Shown here: in pieces, positions 42,723 through 47,331 of the stretch
Numbering within the stretch: position 1 is the stretch's first letter
Layout: the number at the start of each line of letters is the position of its first letter
Source of the DNA: Nitrososphaerota archaeon
GTDB lineage: Archaea > Thermoproteota > Nitrososphaeria > Nitrososphaerales > UBA57
DNA: 47,331 bases
Assembly (NCBI GenBank): GCA_027295865.1
Contig: JAPUKB010000054.1
Coordinates: 1-47,331 of the forward strand
Direction: 5' to 3'
Position numbers and translations under genes: made by a program
Notes under the pieces: model-generated
What the model was told of the DNA's origin: nothing
The model's database searches: none
What the model saw: the letters and a program-made list of their open reading frames with translations, nothing else

Positions 42723-43570
42723 GGATTGGCATTATCGGGGCTTCAGGGAGGATGGGACAGTGGTTCCTACGGCTTTTTGCCTCCAAGGGACACCAAGTAG
42801 GAGTATATTCCAGAAGGGGGAAAACCGGCGTCGAGACAGCTGGAGTTTTGGAATTCAAGACGGTTGAGGAATGTGCGAAGTTCAGCGAAGTCATCCTAGT
42901 ATCAGTTCCGATCGCGCAGACAGCAAAAGTCGTATCAGAGGTCGCTATGAGTTGCTCCTCAACCCAGACGATTATCGAGATCGCATCTCTGAAAAGAAAG
43001 TTGGTTCCTGAACTAAAAGAAATAGCTGCAACAGGGGTGAATGTGCTTAGCATTCATCCCCTTTTCGGCCCCGGCGCCGATATCAGTGCGAAACAACCAT
43101 ATGCACTAATCCCCATCTCCTCGGACGAGTCAGATGAACTCAGAAGGTTTTCCAAAATATTACCTGATTCCCGTATCACCACAGTTAATGAAGAATCACA
43201 TGATAAATCGATGGGTTATGTTCTTTCTTTGACTCACTTTGTCAACTTGGCGTTCTTGAGCTCGCTAACGGCTCGAAATGAGCTTCTCGAGCTAGCGGGA
43301 ACAACATTCAAACTACAGGTCAGTCTCGCCCAGGCAATCCTACATGATGAACCCGAATTGTTAGCCGCGCTAGAAACCGAAAACCCTTATTTCCAGAATA
43401 TCCTCTCGGACTTTTTGAAAAACTCAAGAAACATCGAATCGATGGTAAAAAGGAAGGACTCTAGAGCTCTTGCTGGGCTTTTTGCCTCAACTCGGGAGAA
43501 AATTAGAGAAAGTGACTCGTTCCGTTCATCCTACACGTCAATGTATGAAATCCTAAACCGGACTGAGTAA
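42719..43570 (+). CDS. tyrA: Prephenate/arogenate dehydrogenase
   Basis: IIGASGRMG, SVP, IASLK, HPLFGP, HDKSM..V..LTH. Confidence 0.93.
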   Translation: MRIGIIGASGRMGQWFLRLFASKGHQVGVYSRRGKTGVETAGVLEFKTVEECAKFSEVILVSVPIAQTAKVVSEVAMSCSSTQTIIEIASLKRKLVPELKEIAATGVNVLSIHPLFGPGADISAKQPYALIPISSDESDELRRFSKILPDSRITTVNEESHDKSMGYVLSLTHFVNLAFLSSLTARNELLELAGTTFKLQVSLAQAILHDEPELLAALETENPYFQNILSDFLKNSRNIESMVKRKDSRALAGLFASTREKIRESDSFRSSYTSMYEILNRTE

Positions 43571-43584
43571 GGCCTGTCCTTTCT

Positions 43585-43872
43585 CTATACGCGGAGACCA
43601 AAACTCTCCGTGAACTCTTCGAATTCCCCGTACGCTTGCAGGAATTTGAGGCCTTTGTCGCTTATTCGATACTTCTGGGTTTTACCTAGATTCGTCTCGT
43701 TCAATAGCCCATGGTCCACAAGTCTGCTCAGGATACCGAGCAGACGGGTGTATGAGAGGTTTGCTCTCCGTAGCAGGTGTGTGATTCCAACTCCCTCAGC
43801 GTCCGCGTCAGGCGCGTTTGCGCTAGTCAGTACATCTACGACAATCTTTACTTGGCTTCTATAGGTTTGCAA
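43585..43872 (-). CDS. Archaeal winged-helix transcription regulator
   Basis: YRSQVKIVVDVL...ITHLLRRANLSY..L...L...Y.ISDKG..FL pattern. Confidence 0.88.
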   Translation of the reverse strand: MQTYRSQVKIVVDVLTSANAPDADAEGVGITHLLRRANLSYTRLLGILSRLVDHGLLNETNLGKTQKYRISDKGLKFLQAYGEFEEFTESFGLRV

Positions 43873-44506
43873 ATTGTGGGATCCCCTTAAACGACGAGAA
43901 CTTCAAAACGGGAGTATAAAGCATAAAGAATCCAAAGAGTTTGAGTAAAATGGAGATAAGTAGCAATGGAGATACACCAGAATTGAATAAAGCAAGCCAC
44001 CTTGTAAACTCTCCTAAAGCAAGGAGACCCAATGCTGATGCGATCATAAGTGTAACGCGCTTTTTGCGCTCAAAGTAGGACAATAATGTTTCCAACATCC
44101 CATAAAGTAAGAAGATAAATGAAAGAGATCTTAAAAGGGTAAAGACAGAGGCCGTTGGGATAGCTAATCCGGCGAGAAAGCCACGATTCGCCGAGGACCG
44201 GGCCTTTATTCCCTGGGATAAAGCTAGGAAAAAATAACCTCCCGTTTCAAGTATTGTCGCAACCGAGAGCGTCAAAGATAGAACCAGAGCAAATACACCG
44301 AACGAGGAGATTTCAATTAAACCTGTAACACCGGTCATTGTTAGGCCAAAGCCCAGGAGAATAAAAGCAATGCTGAGTCTGTATAAAGCTGGGCTCGAAG
44401 TCTCCTTGTAGCCTTGTCGTGCGACCCTAGCTACAGAGAAACCAACCAGGCCCCCCGCGAGATGAAGTCCACTTTCGCTTAGAGCTAGAAATGATTCTCC
44501 TAGCAT
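43859..44506 (-). CDS. Multipass (~6-7 TM) membrane protein with internal repeat
   Basis: 215 aa, several hydrophobic segments; TTTTATAA about 25 nt upstream; overlaps the wHTH gene by 14 bp. Confidence 0.8.
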   Translation of the reverse strand: MLGESFLALSESGLHLAGGLVGFSVARVARQGYKETSSPALYRLSIAFILLGFGLTMTGVTGLIEISSFGVFALVLSLTLSVATILETGGYFFLALSQGIKARSSANRGFLAGLAIPTASVFTLLRSLSFIFLLYGMLETLLSYFERKKRVTLMIASALGLLALGEFTRWLALFNSGVSPLLLISILLKLFGFFMLYTPVLKFSSFKGIPQFANL

Positions 44507-44714
44507 GCCAGCCGAAAAGAAGCTCAGAAATTATAAAAGTATTTACTAGTTCTTCCTGTTGCGACGTAGAGCAGTATTATCCCCTAAATATCGGATTATT
44601 AACGATCGTTATTACAATGATATCGGGGCGGAGTAGCACAGAACCCTTATCTGAATCCAGAGAGTTATTAGGGAAATCACCAAGGTAATATACCGAGAAC
44701 CACCGCCTTTTCCG

Positions 44715-44753
44715 TCAGCATTAGGTGAGCCGGACTTCAGGAAAGGTCATCAC
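44715..44753 (-). ncRNA. Candidate short C/D-box guide RNA
   Basis: GTGATGA...CTGA; the 9 nt before box D match the antisense of 23S at 1538-1546; shorter than typical archaeal sRNAs. Confidence 0.3.
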
Positions 44754-44850
44754 TAAAATTAGAAGAAAGACATTTAACTCAATTATTTGTATGGTAATCA
44801 AGCTATGGTCGAGGTCCATCCGCTTTTCTGTATCAATCTAAGGTGAACGG

Positions 44851-45162
44851 ATGGGCACAGTTGTCTGCAACAAATGTAGTCTCCCGAATGATCTATGTGT
44901 TTGCCAAGAACTAGACCAAGAGGAGAGTCGCATAGTCATAAGACTTGAGATGAGGCGATACAGGAAACCAACGACGATGATAGAGGGGCTTTCAGCGAGA
45001 CAATCTGATTTGGAAGAGCTGGCGAAGAAATTGAAGTCGCGTTTCGCATGTGGCGGCACGGCAAAAGAGGGTTACGTTCTTCTGCAAGGAGATCACCGCG
45101 ATCTTGTCAAATCGCATTTGGTGAAGTTCGGGTATAGTGAAACCTCCATCGAGGTGCAATAG
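44851..45162 (+). CDS. Translation initiation factor aIF1 (SUI1 family)
   Basis: CNKCSLP.DLCVC, RRYRKPTT.IEG, LKSRFACGGTAK, LQGDHR; SD AAGGTGA. Confidence 0.95.
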   Translation: MGTVVCNKCSLPNDLCVCQELDQEESRIVIRLEMRRYRKPTTMIEGLSARQSDLEELAKKLKSRFACGGTAKEGYVLLQGDHRDLVKSHLVKFGYSETSIEVQ

Positions 45163-45164
45163 GA

Positions 45165-45350
45165 ATGTCGAATGATCCAAAAAGGGAGGTCAACGTGAGA
45201 CATTCGTTATCTGTAAGGAAAAAACTATGCCCAAATTGTCTCCATGAACTGGAAACATATTCCACAATCAGTGGGTGGTTAACTCCTGAAGAGTACACCT
45301 GCACGAATTGTGAATACGCTGGAATCCTATTCGTGGAAGAGAAGGAGTAA
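45165..45350 (+). CDS. Small zinc-ribbon protein
   Basis: CPNC...SGWLTPEEYTCTNCEYAG; starts 2 nt after the aIF1 stop. Confidence 0.8.
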   Translation: MSNDPKREVNVRHSLSVRKKLCPNCLHELETYSTISGWLTPEEYTCTNCEYAGILFVEEKE

Positions 45351-45380
45351 CGCACAGACTATGTATCAAGGAATATACCT

Positions 45381-46337
45381 GTGTACATAAGCAAGTTTTA
45401 CTCCTATCTCTCATATGTTACTATCCTGGCGGCAGCAGCTGTCATCATGATGATGCTTCTTTCCTTCCCTATTGGTGCGATTGCCTTTTACGATGGACGG
45501 TTAGGGTCATCTCATTCGGAAGTAGTGGAATTCCCTGCTTTCCTTTTCGGCCTTCCTGTAGGCCTCATCAGCGGAATTACTCTGGGTGATGCTTTTGGGG
45601 GATTATGGGTTCTCTATCTGGTGCTTTTCGTAATTGCGCTCAATGGCCCCTTATCGAGTGTTACTGAGATGATTCGGAGGACTAAGAATCCCGTTCGGTC
45701 CATTTCTCGAAATCAAGCGGTCTCGATCGTTGTTGCCTTCTCCTCCGTTTACCTTCTCTCGACAATAATAGAATTGGTTCAACAGAGCTATGGAGTACGA
45801 TCAGGATCTCTATCAGAGACTAATCCCCTAGTGGCGTTCGTAACAGTCTCCCTCGCTCCGCTGACAGAGGAAATAGGTTTTCGAGTAAGCACCATTGGAT
45901 TCTTTGCTTTCGCAGTTGTCTCATCACGGGCGGGGCTACTTATGGGGATTAGGGCTCTATGGCACCCAGAGAGATACTTCCGCCGTGTGACTAAAGGACG
46001 GGGAAACCTCAGAACGTTATACTCGATCGCTGTGGTTTCAGGCCTCTTCTTCGGATTCGCCCACCTACTTTACGGTGGCGGTTGGGAGATTGGAAAGGTT
46101 AGCACAGCCTCTCTTGCGGGTATTACGTTAGGTGTGATGTATATCAAGTTCGGAATCCCGTCTGCGATATTGATGCACTGGTCTTTCAACTATTTTCGCA
46201 GTGCCTTTTTCTATTTTGGAAATAGCTCGCCTGGATTCAGCCTGACCGATGTTGTCGACATTGTAGTTTTGATTGCGGGGGTGACATCAGTCATCCTAAT
46301 CGTAACTAGTCTGATAAGCTATTTGAGAGGAAAATGA
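45381..46337 (+). CDS. CPBP/Abi (CAAX protease-like) intramembrane glutamic protease
   Basis: APLTEEIGFR, FGFAH, MHWSFN motifs; multipass. Confidence 0.9.
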   Translation: MYISKFYSYLSYVTILAAAAVIMMMLLSFPIGAIAFYDGRLGSSHSEVVEFPAFLFGLPVGLISGITLGDAFGGLWVLYLVLFVIALNGPLSSVTEMIRRTKNPVRSISRNQAVSIVVAFSSVYLLSTIIELVQQSYGVRSGSLSETNPLVAFVTVSLAPLTEEIGFRVSTIGFFAFAVVSSRAGLLMGIRALWHPERYFRRVTKGRGNLRTLYSIAVVSGLFFGFAHLLYGGGWEIGKVSTASLAGITLGVMYIKFGIPSAILMHWSFNYFRSAFFYFGNSSPGFSLTDVVDIVVLIAGVTSVILIVTSLISYLRGK

Positions 46338-46400
46338 ATAATCTTCGTCTAACAGTTCCCTAATATATTCTAATATTGTGAGAAGGATCATGAAAAAGTG

Positions 46401-46838
46401 ATGGTAAGGCCGCGGTGGGACAAGTATTTCATGGAGATCGCCATTCAGGTATCCAAACGATCCACATGCGATCGCAGAATGGTGGGAGCCGTGATTGTAA
46501 GGGACAAGACAATTCTCTCTACGGGATACAATGGAAGCATAAGAGGTTTGTCACATTGCGACGAGGTGGGGCATCTAATGGAGGCCGGTCATTGTGTTAG
46601 GACAATTCATGCGGAAGTTAATGCGGTCGCCCAAGCTGCAAAGAACGGAACATCAATCCAATCAGGACAGCTATACACCACTAGCAGTCCATGCTGGCCG
46701 TGCTTCAAGATTATGGCAAATAGCGGAATACAGAAAGTGTACTTTGGCGATTTCTATCGAGATGAGAGAATGTTAGAATACGCCCAGCAGTCTAGGATCG
46801 AACTCATAGACATGAGCCAATCTAGTCCAGACGGATAA
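46401..46838 (+). CDS. dCMP deaminase (ComEB-like) family protein
   Basis: RPRWDKYFM, RSTC.R..VGA, TGYNG, HAEVNA, PCWPC. Confidence 0.92.
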   Translation: MVRPRWDKYFMEIAIQVSKRSTCDRRMVGAVIVRDKTILSTGYNGSIRGLSHCDEVGHLMEAGHCVRTIHAEVNAVAQAAKNGTSIQSGQLYTTSSPCWPCFKIMANSGIQKVYFGDFYRDERMLEYAQQSRIELIDMSQSSPDG

Positions 46839-46870
46839 CTTTAAACAAGATCCGACTCGAATTTGACACA

Positions 46871-47331
46871 ATGGGCCGAGAGACCGAGGGCAAGGAGAAA
46901 TCCACAAGCCGGGAACCACAGACAATTCGCAACATCCAACGTCTTTCCTCTAGACTTCAACGCGCAATCACATCGGGCCATAGTTCACCCAGGCTACTGA
47001 AGGATCTCGACGAGTTCATTTCACATACATTCGCTTCCCAAATGGAGCGAATAGTCGACATTATGGAAGAATTCCCTTCCAAGGAGGATTCGGAGGTCGA
47101 AACCACTGGGAGCGCGGCTGTCCTACATTTCGTTCCAAGAATGAGGAATTTGCAAGCGTCTTTCAAGTCTATGAATAAGACTTACTCCTCGACCCTGAAG
47201 GGACTTCGGAAAGTGAGCTCCGATGACCTTGCGTCATTGGCCGACCTAGATTCTGAACTGGGGACATCCCTAGCCTATCTTCTTCACAAATGCTCTCTGA
47301 TGACATCATCGAGACTACGACGGGGCGGAAG
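46871..47331 (+). CDS. Hypothetical protein, partial (runs off window end)
   Basis: ATG 46871 (MGRETEGKEKSTSREPQ...) open to the window end; TTTAAA about 25 nt upstream. Confidence 0.6.
   Translation, partial: MGRETEGKEKSTSREPQTIRNIQRLSSRLQRAITSGHSSPRLLKDLDEFISHTFASQMERIVDIMEEFPSKEDSEVETTGSAAVLHFVPRMRNLQASFKSMNKTYSSTLKGLRKVSSDDLASLADLDSELGTSLAYLLHKCSLMTSSRLRRGG

Noticed and set aside
46390-46401. ATG-AAA-AAG-TGA mini-ORF overlapping the dCMP deaminase start
   Set aside because: Too short to distinguish from chance

Overview
Housekeeping-rich archaeal chromosome segment, most likely from a TACK archaeon (gene content and rRNA layout resemble basal Nitrososphaerota/Thaumarchaeota; this is inference, not a computed placement). 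It contains: a partial HTH-like ORF; a minus-strand 16S-23S rRNA operon with bulge-helix-bulge processing stems, no spacer tRNA and no linked 5S; nfo; a purine operon (purSQL, purF, purF-2, purD, purC, purM) ending in a D-2-hydroxyacid dehydrogenase; cysteine synthase divergent from sufC-sufS-sufU-eL38; a beta-CASP RNase, PAC2, tgtA and SmAP3; a phosphoesterase/Lhr/MBL-nuclease cluster; YchF, ArsR and cysS; an archaeal aromatic amino acid operon (lysC to tyrA); a multipass membrane protein plus wHTH pair; aIF1, a Zn-ribbon protein, a CPBP protease and dCMP deaminase. No mobile element, CRISPR array or tRNA was recognised, and I cannot support a large novel system. The best oddities are three apparent CTG-initiated genes each in frame behind a TGA stop, a chorismate mutase-aminotransferase fusion with the PLP lysine replaced by His, U at 23S position 2062, the membrane protein/wHTH pair, eL38, a suf cluster without sufB/D, and two short C/D-box-like RNA candidates.
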